Shown piece by piece: positions 7,817 to 16,904 of a stretch of DNA of 64,000 nucleotides. The stretch is taken from contig CBDFMQ010000002.1 in the NCBI GenBank assembly GCA_965249725.1, positions 1,024,001 to 1,088,000 on the forward strand, read 5' to 3'. A model generated the notes under the pieces. That model saw only the letters and a program-made list of their open reading frames with translations, did no database searches and was not told the DNA's origin. Origin of the DNA: Longimicrobiales bacterium. GTDB taxonomy: Bacteria; Gemmatimonadota; Gemmatimonadetes; Longimicrobiales; Gaopeijiaceae. How positions within the stretch are numbered: the first letter of the stretch is position 1; each line of letters opens with the position of its first letter. The translations under genes and the position numbers were made by a program.

Positions 7817-7858
7817 CCTCGGCGTGACCCTCGGCGTGACCCTCGGCGTGACCCTCGG
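7817..7858. repeat. 12-bp tandem repeat x3.5
   Basis: CCTCGGCGTGAC x3 plus CCTCGG. Confidence 0.9.
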
Positions 7859-8206
7859 TTGCTCTCGCGCCAACCTGCCTGGAGGCGCATCTTGAACTGT
7901 CATGGGAAAGAAGAAACAAGCAACATCAGACCAATTGCGGGCGAGGGCGCTCGGTGCCAGGCAAGCGGCTAACCCCGACCAGTTGCCAACCGAGATCGGT
8001 AGTCTGATTCGGGGTGACGAGCCTCGGAAGCTACCAAGGGAGCAGACGCTCCACCCGTTGGACGAGATTGCCCGTCAGAAAGTGGCCGTGGAGGAGATTC
8101 GTGCAGACGAGGACCACGAAGTGTACACGGACGGCCAACACCTTCATGTTTCCAACTTGGCCCGACGAAATTCACCATACCAGCCCATCCACATCAGGAG
8201 ACCGCC

Positions 8207-8632
8207 GTGGGCAAGATCAGGGAATACGAGGGCGACGGCATCGTGGTCCGCTACGATGTCCAGCGCTGCATTCACGCCGCGGAATGCGTGCATGGACTCG
8301 ACGCCGTATTCAACCCTGATCGACGCCCCTGGATCGACGCGACGGCAGGCAGCCCCGACGATATCGCAGCCGTGATCGCCAAGTGCCCGACCGGTGCCCT
8401 GACCTTCGAGCGCACCGACGGTGGGCCCCAAGAAGTCCCCGCTGCCCCGGCCATTTCCCTCGCGGTGGACGGCCCACTCTACGTCCAGGGCGGAGTCGAG
8501 ATCGTCGATCACGAAGGACGCACGGTCACCACCGACGCGCGTGTCGCGCTATGTCGATGCGGGGCCTCGAAGAACAAGCCCTACTGTGATGACAGTCACC
8601 TCGAGATCGGATTCAAGTCCGACTCGGGCTGA
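8207..8632 (+). CDS. Divergent 4Fe-4S plus CDGSH iron-sulfur protein
   Basis: CIHAAEC...CPTGAL and ALCRCGASKNKPYCDDSH. AGGAG RBS. Confidence 0.9.
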   Translation: MGKIREYEGDGIVVRYDVQRCIHAAECVHGLDAVFNPDRRPWIDATAGSPDDIAAVIAKCPTGALTFERTDGGPQEVPAAPAISLAVDGPLYVQGGVEIVDHEGRTVTTDARVALCRCGASKNKPYCDDSHLEIGFKSDSG

Positions 8633-8662
8633 GTGCTCCAGGCAGTGGCGGTCTACCTGCCG

Positions 8663-11125
8663 TCACTCGTTCCGTAGAGCCTCCATCGGATCGGCCCGAG
8701 AAGCGCGACGCGCCGGCACGTAGCCCGAGAGCACCGAAACGGCGAGCAGCGTACCCACCACACTGAGAATCACGACGGGGTCGTACGGCGCCACGCCGTA
8801 GAGAAGCCCGGCCAATACCCGGGTCGTCACCAACGCTGCGACCAGGCCACCCGCGAGTCCGAAAAGGGACATTCGGACACTCTCGGACAGGACGAGCCTC
8901 ATAACGGATCCAGGCTCGGCACCGAGAGCCATACGGACTCCCATCTCAGACGTTCTGCGCGACACGGCGTAGCTGATCACGCCGTAGATGCCGACGGCCG
9001 ACAGCAACAGGGCGGCGATGGCAAAGGCGGCCAGGAGGAGAGCGTTGAACCGATCCCGCGCGACGCTGACGGCCGCAATATCGTCCATGGACTGGACGGT
9101 AGGGACCGGCAGCTGGGCATCCACCTGCCACACAGCCTCACGGACAGGTGCGATCATCTGTGGCAGATCCCCGCCCGCCCGCACGGCCAGGGTGATGCCC
9201 CAGAACGGGAACTGCCGCCACGGCATGTACACGGCCGGCGGCACCTCTGCCCGGAGCCCCATGAAGCGAACGTCGTCCACGACCCCCACGATCTCGTAGC
9301 TCGTGGGCATCCCCTCTCCCCAGTTCCCTACACTCGTGGTGTGGTTGATCCGTTTGCCCAGAACGTCCTCGCCGGGCAGGAACTCGCGGGCGAACGCTTC
9401 ATTCACAAGGACGGTGCCCGGGGCATCCGCGCGGTCCACATCGGTGAACTCACGACCCTGCAGCACGTCGATACCCATGAGCTCGAGGTATCCCTCTCCG
9501 ATGATGCGGAGTCGCATGGCGGGCACTTCACCCGGCGCCGGCGTCGGAAGGTGCTCGAACGTGAAGCTCGACCCCCAGTTGCTCTGCAGCGGGTGGTCGT
9601 AGGTGAGGGCGACGGCCTCAACGCCGGGCAGGGACCGGACGCCTTCCATGACGTCATCCGTAAAAGCCCAGAGCTTCTCGGCCTCATCATACTCACTATT
9701 CGGCAACAGAATCGAAGCCAGAAGTACGCCATCGGCCTCGAAGCCCGCGTCCGCCGCCTTCAACGCCTGGAAGCTGCGTAGCAGCAGGCCTGCCCCAACC
9801 AAGAGGATCACGGCGAGGCCAAGCTGAGACACGACCAACATCCGGCTCGCACGGCTTCTTCCCTTCCCTGCGGATCCGGTACGGCTACGGGAACCCAATG
9901 CCCCACCCACGCCTTGCCCACCGATTCGTAGTGCGGGAATGAGAGCCCCGATAGAGCTGGCACCCAAGACCACGCACAGCGTGAACAGGAGGACGACCGG
10001 ATCGATACCGATTTCGCCTAAGCGAGGCAGATCCTGAGGGACCATGCTCAAGAGCGCCTCGGTGGCCCAGAGCGCCAGCACGAGACCTGCCGCCCCTCCC
10101 ATCACCCCGAGTATCAAGACCTCGGTGAAACTCTGCCGAATCAGTCGCCGGCTCCCCGCCCCCAGGGCCGTGCGCACCGCCAGCTCCGACTCGCGATCGA
10201 GTGTTCGGGCCAGAACGAGGTTGGTGAGGTTGCCACACGCGACCAAGAGGACGAGCCCCACGGCCGCGAGAAGGATCAGGAGTTCGGCTCGAACGTCGCC
10301 TACCACTTCGTCTCTGAGTGTCTGGACGAGCACGCCTCTACCGAGGTTGGTATCCGGGTATTCGGTAGCCAAGCCGGCTGCGATGCTGCTCAGGTCCGCC
10401 TGCGCCTGGTCGACCGTCACCCCCTCTGCCATGCGTCCCACGGCTCCAAGCACCCGGCAGAAGCGGCCTCCGAAGCATCCCCCCTGGAAGGAGAGGGGCG
10501 TCCACATGAACCTCGCGTCCTGACCCTGCGGGAGCAGGATTCTCATGTTCATACGTGGGAAGTCGGTCGGAGGCATGACCCCCACGATCTCGTAGCGCTC
10601 GCGGCTTGCAGTCACGACGCGGCCCACGATGCTCGGGTCCCCGCCGTAACGGCTCTGCCAAAGGGCGTGGCTCAGTATGGCGACTCGGATGCCGGCCTCA
10701 CCGTCCTCGGGGCGGAACGTCCTCCCTAGGATGGGCTCGATCCCGAGGGTCGAGAAGTACCCGGGCGTCACGACGCTTCCCGCCACGCGCTCGGGCGCGG
10801 CATCATCGCCGATCAGGTCGTAGCTCCCGCTGCCGATGGCCGCCATGGAGGAGAACGTCCGGTTCATCTCCCTCCAGTCGCGGAAGTTGCCACCCGCGAT
10901 GCGGGTCAACTCGACCCCCCGCTCCGGGTTGTTCGCCCACAGCACGACCAGTTGATCAGGCTCGGGGAACGGCAACGGACTCAGGAGCACACCGTTGACG
11001 ACCGAGAAGATCGCCGTGTTCGCACCCACACCGAGGGCAAGCGTGAGGATCGCCACCGCCGTGAAGCTGGGCCGCATCCGAAACGACCGGAGTGCGAACC
11101 GCATATCCTGGATCAGGTCACCCAT
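8663..11125 (-). CDS. ADOP-type duplicated MacB/FtsX ABC permease
   Basis: QDMRFALR...LALGVGANTAIFSVVNGVLL, two MacB-PCD/FtsX units, C-terminal PARRASRADPMEALR. Confidence 0.92.
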   Translation of the reverse strand: MGDLIQDMRFALRSFRMRPSFTAVAILTLALGVGANTAIFSVVNGVLLSPLPFPEPDQLVVLWANNPERGVELTRIAGGNFRDWREMNRTFSSMAAIGSGSYDLIGDDAAPERVAGSVVTPGYFSTLGIEPILGRTFRPEDGEAGIRVAILSHALWQSRYGGDPSIVGRVVTASRERYEIVGVMPPTDFPRMNMRILLPQGQDARFMWTPLSFQGGCFGGRFCRVLGAVGRMAEGVTVDQAQADLSSIAAGLATEYPDTNLGRGVLVQTLRDEVVGDVRAELLILLAAVGLVLLVACGNLTNLVLARTLDRESELAVRTALGAGSRRLIRQSFTEVLILGVMGGAAGLVLALWATEALLSMVPQDLPRLGEIGIDPVVLLFTLCVVLGASSIGALIPALRIGGQGVGGALGSRSRTGSAGKGRSRASRMLVVSQLGLAVILLVGAGLLLRSFQALKAADAGFEADGVLLASILLPNSEYDEAEKLWAFTDDVMEGVRSLPGVEAVALTYDHPLQSNWGSSFTFEHLPTPAPGEVPAMRLRIIGEGYLELMGIDVLQGREFTDVDRADAPGTVLVNEAFAREFLPGEDVLGKRINHTTSVGNWGEGMPTSYEIVGVVDDVRFMGLRAEVPPAVYMPWRQFPFWGITLAVRAGGDLPQMIAPVREAVWQVDAQLPVPTVQSMDDIAAVSVARDRFNALLLAAFAIAALLLSAVGIYGVISYAVSRRTSEMGVRMALGAEPGSVMRLVLSESVRMSLFGLAGGLVAALVTTRVLAGLLYGVAPYDPVVILSVVGTLLAVSVLSGYVPARRASRADPMEALRNE

Positions 11126-11144
11126 ACCGCGCCCCCTCGTTCAC

Positions 11145-11223
11145 CCATCGACGCTGGTCCACCGACGCTGGTCCATCGACGCTGGTCCATCGACGGTGGT
11201 CCGTCGCCCAGTGTCCGTCGCCC
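11145..11223. repeat. 14-bp tandem repeat (~5.5 copies, decaying)
   Basis: CCATCGACGCTGGT units with drift toward the right end. Confidence 0.85.
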
Positions 11224-11284
11224 GAGAGACTGTCTATGCGACACACCGTTGTGCGGATTGGTTGCGAGGGAGGTGATCCCCGAA

Positions 11285-12706
11285 TCAGCCTCCGCTGAAG
11301 AGCGTCCAGACCACCAGCTCACTGAAGCTGGATGCGAGGAGGAACCGGCCGTCCGGCGAAAACGCGACCATCGTCGCATCGGCCGACGTCGGGAAGTGCT
11401 GAATCTCGGCCCCGGTCTCCGCGTCCCATACGACGACCTCCGCCGGGTCCTGGCTCCTTCGCGGAGCGGTCGTGGCGGTCAGCACCAGTTGACCGTCGGG
11501 GGAGAAGGCCGCGTCCTCGACATCGATGTTGGTGGTGAAACGGAGCACCTCGGCGCCCGTCGAGATGTCCCAGATGATGATCTCCGAGTTATCCCCGATC
11601 ACGGCCAGGGCGCGCGTGCCATCGGGCGACAGCGCCACGGACGTCTGCTGATGCAGCTGTACACCCGCCTGGCTCTCCCGTCCAAGGGTGGGGAGGCGCA
11701 GCCTCTCGGCGCCCGTGGAGGCGTCGAACAAGGCCACGTAGCCGAACGGCGAGCCCATCAACACCGACTCACCGCCAAAACCCACTGCCACCGGACCGAC
11801 CTGATCGGGTAGCTGGAAGCTGTACTCGACGGCACCGGTGTGTGAGTCCAAGAGCGCCGGCTCGTCCGCGTCGTAGTAGAACCGGGCCAGCACCTGCTCA
11901 CCATCCGGAGAGAATGCAGCACTCCACACGTCATCTCGTGTCCGAAAACGCCGAACCTCTTCGCCAGTCTGGTTGTCCCAGATAATCAGCTGCCCGCCGC
12001 GGAGGGTGGCCAACACCAGTCGGCCATCACGCGAGAACGAGCCTGACAGAAGGGGCCACAACTCCTCGGCGGGTTCACCGCCTCTCTGCCGGCTCCACAA
12101 CCGTCGCCTTTGGAAATCACCCTCCGAGAGCAGCAGGTGCGGGGCCTCGTAGGTCTCGACCTCCTGATCTGCGACACAACTCCGGGCTCCACGTACGTCA
12201 TCGACCCAAGTGCTTCGCACGCGGACATAGGCATCTGCGTCCGGCCCAAACTCGAAGCAGAAGCTGTTCTCTCCCAGGCCGATGACCGTCTGACCCGCAG
12301 GAACCGTGACCGTGGCCGGAGTGACGGCGACCACCTGACCAGAGACTCGAACATCGACCCGGGCCGGATTCAGGTGGACCAGATGGACCTGAGCGGTCTC
12401 ACGCGCCAATACCACCGGCACGTACGTCACGTCTCCCGAGTGCACGGTGATGCTTCGATCGAAAGGGGGCAGCCCATCGGCGATAACGCTGAGTCTGTAT
12501 ACCCCCGGCGCGATCTCGAGCGTGAACTCCGAAGCGGACAATCGACCGCGTTCGCTCCCGTCGATCAGGACGCCCGCGGGGCCATTCGGAATCCCCGGTA
12601 GGACCAGAAATCCATTTTCCTGGGCCCACAAGGCAGACGGGGCCGACGCGGACAGCGCGACGAACATGAGGAAGCGTGCGGCGAGGTGTTTCTTGAATGG
12701 TCTCAT
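11285..12706 (-). CDS. Secreted PEGA-like plus WD40-repeat protein
   Basis: Signal peptide ending ALWA-Q and repeated AFSPDG...WD..TG.E motifs. ATG 12706 in a TGATG overlap with hldD. Confidence 0.8.
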   Translation of the reverse strand: MRPFKKHLAARFLMFVALSASAPSALWAQENGFLVLPGIPNGPAGVLIDGSERGRLSASEFTLEIAPGVYRLSVIADGLPPFDRSITVHSGDVTYVPVVLARETAQVHLVHLNPARVDVRVSGQVVAVTPATVTVPAGQTVIGLGENSFCFEFGPDADAYVRVRSTWVDDVRGARSCVADQEVETYEAPHLLLSEGDFQRRRLWSRQRGGEPAEELWPLLSGSFSRDGRLVLATLRGGQLIIWDNQTGEEVRRFRTRDDVWSAAFSPDGEQVLARFYYDADEPALLDSHTGAVEYSFQLPDQVGPVAVGFGGESVLMGSPFGYVALFDASTGAERLRLPTLGRESQAGVQLHQQTSVALSPDGTRALAVIGDNSEIIIWDISTGAEVLRFTTNIDVEDAAFSPDGQLVLTATTAPRRSQDPAEVVVWDAETGAEIQHFPTSADATMVAFSPDGRFLLASSFSELVVWTLFSGG

Positions 12707-13692
12707 CAGCGATACGGCTCGTCCGTGGCCAGATAGCCCTTTACGTAGTCTGCGATCCCGTCCTCCAGGGACAGGAAGGGTTGGTCGTACCCGGCCACCC
12801 TCAGGCGGTCCATCTCCGCTTGCGTGTAATACTGATACCGATCGCGGATTTCTAGAGGCGTGTCGACCCACTGAACGGCCGCCTCACGCTCGAGGGCGGA
12901 GAACAGGCTGCCGATGACGTCGAGAAAGGAACGGGCTTGCCCGGTACCGAGGTTGAGGAGGCCCGACACCTCCGGGTGGTCCATGAGCCAAAGCATGACC
13001 GAGACACAGTCCCGCACCGAAACGAAATCCCTCGACTGGCCGCCGTCTGCGTAATCCGGGTGGTGCGATCGGAACAGGGTCACGGCCTCGCCGGCCGCCG
13101 CTACCGGAAACGCCTTGGCCACGATGCTACGCATCTCCCCTTTGTGGTACTCGTTGGGCCCATAGACGTTGAAGAACTTCAGGCCCACCCACTGCGGGGG
13201 CGCGGGATCACCTGATGCCACCCAGCGGGCCACCATTCGATCGAAGAGATGCTTGCTCCAGCCGTACGCATTCATCGGGCGCAACCGGGCGAGCCCCTCG
13301 ACCGAGCCGTCGTCGTCGAAGCCCCGTTCGCCTCCTCCGTATGTGGCGGCGGAAGACGCATAGATGAACGGGACCCGCTGTTCGGCACACCACCGCCAGA
13401 GATCCCTCGACAGGTGGACGTTGGTACGGAGGATCAGGTCGGCGTCGGCCTCCGTGGTCGATGAGATGGCACCCATGTGGAACACCGCCCGAACGCGGGA
13501 GCCCGCACCCTCCAGAAAGGCCGGCAGGTCTTCCGGGAGCACGATGTCCGCCAATTCGCGCTTCGCGATGTTGCGCCACTTGTCGCCATCTCGGAGCCGG
13601 TCACAGATGACCAGCTCCCCCTCGCCCTTCTCCTCGAGGCCGGCCACCAGGTTCGACCCGATGAAGCCCGCACCACCGGTAACGACGATCAT
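12706..13692 (-). CDS. hldD: ADP-L-glycero-D-manno-heptose 6-epimerase
   Basis: MIVVTGGAGFIGSN, YASSAATYG, YGWSK and FFNVYGPNEYHKG. Confidence 0.96.
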   Translation of the reverse strand: MIVVTGGAGFIGSNLVAGLEEKGEGELVICDRLRDGDKWRNIAKRELADIVLPEDLPAFLEGAGSRVRAVFHMGAISSTTEADADLILRTNVHLSRDLWRWCAEQRVPFIYASSAATYGGGERGFDDDGSVEGLARLRPMNAYGWSKHLFDRMVARWVASGDPAPPQWVGLKFFNVYGPNEYHKGEMRSIVAKAFPVAAAGEAVTLFRSHHPDYADGGQSRDFVSVRDCVSVMLWLMDHPEVSGLLNLGTGQARSFLDVIGSLFSALEREAAVQWVDTPLEIRDRYQYYTQAEMDRLRVAGYDQPFLSLEDGIADYVKGYLATDEPYR

Positions 13693-14042
13693 CCGTCACT
13701 CCCTGAGTCCGAGACGTCGTCGGCTGCACACACCTCGCATCCGCACAGACTCCGCATGAGCTCGTACGTGTAGATGCCAGTGTCGTGGCCGTCGCTCCAA
13801 ACGAACTGGAGCGCGTAACGTCCCACGTAGTGGATGGCCGTAGGATACACACCCGGCTGAACCATGGCACTAGTCAGCATTCGCTGACCCGTAAGCTCAT
13901 CGACACACCCCGCGCACGGACAGCGGAGCCGCAGCTCGCGAGGCTGATACGTGGACTCGTGGCCGTCTTGCCACTCGATCCGAAGGGCCGAACCGTCCTC
14001 GGTGGGACCGATGTGGACCGGTGTCGCATCAGGCGTCGGCAT
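13689..14042 (-). CDS. DUF971 (GBBH-like N-terminal) domain protein
   Basis: LRIEWQDGH, LRLRCPCAGC and VGRYAL...WSDGHDTGIY. Confidence 0.88.
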   Translation of the reverse strand: MPTPDATPVHIGPTEDGSALRIEWQDGHESTYQPRELRLRCPCAGCVDELTGQRMLTSAMVQPGVYPTAIHYVGRYALQFVWSDGHDTGIYTYELMRSLCGCEVCAADDVSDSGSDG

Positions 14043-14047
14043 CCGGG

Positions 14048-14710
14048 TCACGCAGCCAGATGTTCGGCCAAGGCCCTGAAAGCCCGACCGCGGTGACTGC
14101 GCTCGTGTTTCTCCTCGGGAGACATCTCGCCGAACGTGCGACCGAGTTCGACATCCAAGAAGAGGGGGTCGTACCCGAAGCCTCCGTGCCCTCTCGGGCC
14201 CTCGGCGATGACTCCGGGAGCCTCGCCACGGAACGTCGTCACCTCTCCGTTTTGGAGAACGAGGGCGGCCACGCACACGTAACGGGCGCTTCGCTCCTCC
14301 GCCGGCTCGTCCTCAAGCAACTCCAGGAGATACGCGTTGTTGACTCGATCCCGCTCTTCTCCGTCCAACCCGCGCTCCGGCGAGAACCGCTTGGAGCGGA
14401 CACCCGGCGCACCATCCAGCGCATCCACGGCGAGCCCGGAATCGTCCGCCACGGTCGGTCTACCGCTGACTTCGTGGTAGTAGGTCGCCTTGGAGATGGC
14501 GTTCTTTTCGAACGTATCGTAGGGCTCCAGGGCCTCCTCGGCCGGGCTGCGAGCCACCCCCGCCTGATCCAGATCGAGCACGCGGAGACGCGGCACCTCG
14601 CCGAGAATCGCTCTGATCTCGGCAATCTTGTCGACGCTGCGCGTCGCCACCAACAGATCCGTCACGAGGTCTCCGGACATGCCGAGGCGAGAGAGGTTCG
14701 GTTCTGTCAC
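14048..14710 (-). CDS. rdgB: Non-canonical purine NTP pyrophosphatase
   Basis: ADDSGL.VDALDGAPGVRS, GFGYDP and SHRGRA. Follows rph. Confidence 0.93.
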   Translation of the reverse strand: MTEPNLSRLGMSGDLVTDLLVATRSVDKIAEIRAILGEVPRLRVLDLDQAGVARSPAEEALEPYDTFEKNAISKATYYHEVSGRPTVADDSGLAVDALDGAPGVRSKRFSPERGLDGEERDRVNNAYLLELLEDEPAEERSARYVCVAALVLQNGEVTTFRGEAPGVIAEGPRGHGGFGYDPLFLDVELGRTFGEMSPEEKHERSHRGRAFRALAEHLAA

Positions 14711-14716
14711 AGGCCA

Positions 14717-15430
14717 CTAACCGACGGCGCCTTCTTGGGCCGACACGAGACGCTGGATGCCGCCGAGGGCGAGATCCATGAGGTCGTCGAGTTCGGCTCT
14801 GGTGAAGGGATGCCCCTCCGCGGTGCCCTGCACCTCGACCAGACGGCCCTCCCGCGTGGCGACCACGTTGAGGTCGACCTGAGCCGAGGAATCCTCCGGG
14901 TAGTCGAGGTCCAGCAGCGCCTCGCCGTCGACGATCCCCACGCTTACCGCCGCCACCATTTCCCGCATGGGATTCCGCTCCAGGAGTCCTTGTCTCATGA
15001 GCCCGTCCAGGGCACTCCACAGCGCCACCGATGCCCCCGTGATCGCGGCCGTGCGGGTGCCTCCGTCGGCCTGGAGCACGTCACAGTCCACGATGACCGT
15101 CCGGGAGCCCAATGCCTTCAGGTCCACCACCGAGCGGAGCGAGCGCCCGATGAGACGCTGGATCTCCTGGGTGCGGCCTCCCACCTTGGCCCGCTCCCGG
15201 CCGGAGCGTGTGTGCGTGGCTCGCGGAAGCATGCCGTACTCGGCCGTGACCCATCCGGCCTGACTCCGCTCCCGCCACGGTGGCAGGCCCTCCTCGACGC
15301 TGGCGGCACAAAGCACCCGGGTCTGCCCCGTCGCGACGAGGCACGATCCCTCGGCGTAGGGTACGGATCCGAGCGCCATCTCGAGCCTTCTCAACTCATT
15401 GGCCCCGCGACCATCGACCCTCTGCGTCAC
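14717..15430 (-). CDS. rph: Ribonuclease PH
   Basis: [29 protein letters not shown] and [14 protein letters not shown]. Confidence 0.97.
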   Translation of the reverse strand: MTQRVDGRGANELRRLEMALGSVPYAEGSCLVATGQTRVLCAASVEEGLPPWRERSQAGWVTAEYGMLPRATHTRSGRERAKVGGRTQEIQRLIGRSLRSVVDLKALGSRTVIVDCDVLQADGGTRTAAITGASVALWSALDGLMRQGLLERNPMREMVAAVSVGIVDGEALLDLDYPEDSSAQVDLNVVATREGRLVEVQGTAEGHPFTRAELDDLMDLALGGIQRLVSAQEGAVG

Positions 15431-15909
15431 GTGTCCTCCTCGAGGCGCCTCAGAAGCCCGGTGGTCGAGTAATCCCCAACCAAAGGCACTACGGTTACCG
15501 TGCCTCCAGCACCTTCTACGGCCTCGCGCCCCACGATGTCTTCATGGGAGTAGTCACCGCCTTTGACCAGCACGTCGGGGAGCAACCGATCGATGAGCTC
15601 CTCCGGCGTGTCTTCGTCGAAGAGCGTCACGACGTCGACGCTGGCGAGTGCGGCGAGAACGCGGGACCGACCCCCCTCGTCCACCAAAGGCCGTCCGGCC
15701 CCCTTGAGTCTCCGGACCGAGTCGTCCGTGTTCAAGCCCACCACCAGCACGTCTCCTAGGCTCTTGGCCTGCTCGAGGTACTCTACATGACCGCGGTGGA
15801 GCAGGTCGAAGCACCCATTGGTGAACACGACTCGCCCCTCTCGGGGTCGGCCGTGGCGAGCGAGGAGTTCCTGCGCGGAGAGGATCTTCGCTTCAAGCGG
15901 GCCGGTCAT
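15427..15909 (-). CDS. hldC: D-glycero-beta-D-manno-heptose 1-phosphate adenylyltransferase (RfaE domain II)
   Basis: [27 protein letters not shown] and LVKGGDY. Confidence 0.93.
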   Translation of the reverse strand: MTGPLEAKILSAQELLARHGRPREGRVVFTNGCFDLLHRGHVEYLEQAKSLGDVLVVGLNTDDSVRRLKGAGRPLVDEGGRSRVLAALASVDVVTLFDEDTPEELIDRLLPDVLVKGGDYSHEDIVGREAVEGAGGTVTVVPLVGDYSTTGLLRRLEEDT

Positions 15910-16862
15910 GCGCCGCCCTCGGTCTGCGCCTCCGCCAGGGAGCCGAAGACCTCCTTCAGAATGTCCCCCGCCCCGTGCTCCCTCAGGAGATCGGCCAGGC
16001 GGTTGCCGAGCTCGTCCGGCTCGTCGGCGACTCCCGTCACGTCCCCCCGGACCACCCGGGTTCCATCGACGCTCGCCACCAGGCCCCAGAGGCGTAGCCC
16101 ACCCTCATAGGACATCCCCAGCGCTCCGAGCGGCACCTGACATCCGCCCCCGAGACTCTCCAACAACGCACGCTCGGCGCTGACCGCCGACCGGGTCCCG
16201 GGGTCATTCAACTTCCCCACCACCGATCGTGTTCCCGCATCGTCGGTCCTGGTTACGATGCCCAGGGATCCCTGTCCCGGAGTCGGCAACCAGGCGGTCC
16301 TCTCCAACCAAGACAACGTCCGGTCTTTCAGACCGAGGCGCAGAAGACCTGCCCCGGCCAGGATCACGGCGTCGTATTGGCCGTCGTCCACTTTGCTGAG
16401 CCGCGTGTCCACGTTGCCCCTGATACTCCTCGGCTCGACGTCCTGGCGAAAAGCCTTCAACAGCGCCGCACGCCGCAGAGAGCTCGTGCCCACCACGGCC
16501 CCGGGCTTCAGCGAAGCCAGGGTGGTGCGTTCGTCCTTGCGTCCCACGAGCACGTCGCGGGGATCGACGCGGGTCGGAGTAGCCGCAAGGCACAGGCCGT
16601 CGGGCAACCGGGTTGGGAGATCCTTCAAGGAGTGGACCGCCAAGTCGACTGTCCCGCGCAAAAGCGCCTCGTCCAGCTCTGCGGTGAAGACGCCCTTCCC
16701 CCCGATCTCGGGGAGAGACCTGTCGAGAACGTCGTCACCCATGGTACGGATGATCTCGAGCTCGACTCGAGTGGTCCCGTCGGCCTCGAGCGCGGCCTTG
16801 ACCGTGCGACTCTGCGTAAGGGCCAAAAGAGAGCCCCTTGTTCCCAGCGCTAGTGAGGTAAT
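15906..16862 (-). CDS. hemC: Hydroxymethylbilane synthase, probable ATT start
   Basis: GGKGVFT, VHSLKD, GTSSLRR, RGNVDTR and GGCQVP. The conserved GTRGS lies upstream of the TTG at 16826, so the start was moved to ATT 16862. Confidence 0.93.
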   Translation of the reverse strand: MTSLALGTRGSLLALTQSRTVKAALEADGTTRVELEIIRTMGDDVLDRSLPEIGGKGVFTAELDEALLRGTVDLAVHSLKDLPTRLPDGLCLAATPTRVDPRDVLVGRKDERTTLASLKPGAVVGTSSLRRAALLKAFRQDVEPRSIRGNVDTRLSKVDDGQYDAVILAGAGLLRLGLKDRTLSWLERTAWLPTPGQGSLGIVTRTDDAGTRSVVGKLNDPGTRSAVSAERALLESLGGGCQVPLGALGMSYEGGLRLWGLVASVDGTRVVRGDVTGVADEPDELGNRLADLLREHGAGDILKEVFGSLAEAQTEGGA

Positions 16863-16904
16863 TGGATCGCTCCCGCCCTCGAGGGGATCGTCACGGCACC
16901 CCTA

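Noticed and set aside
14021..15472. 483-aa plus-strand ORF and similar long antisense ORFs (e.g. 46251-47345, 48621-49820, 57983-59152, 62373-63560)
   Set aside because: They are shadows of well-supported genes on the opposite strand or in another frame, expected in high-GC DNA, and show no motifs.
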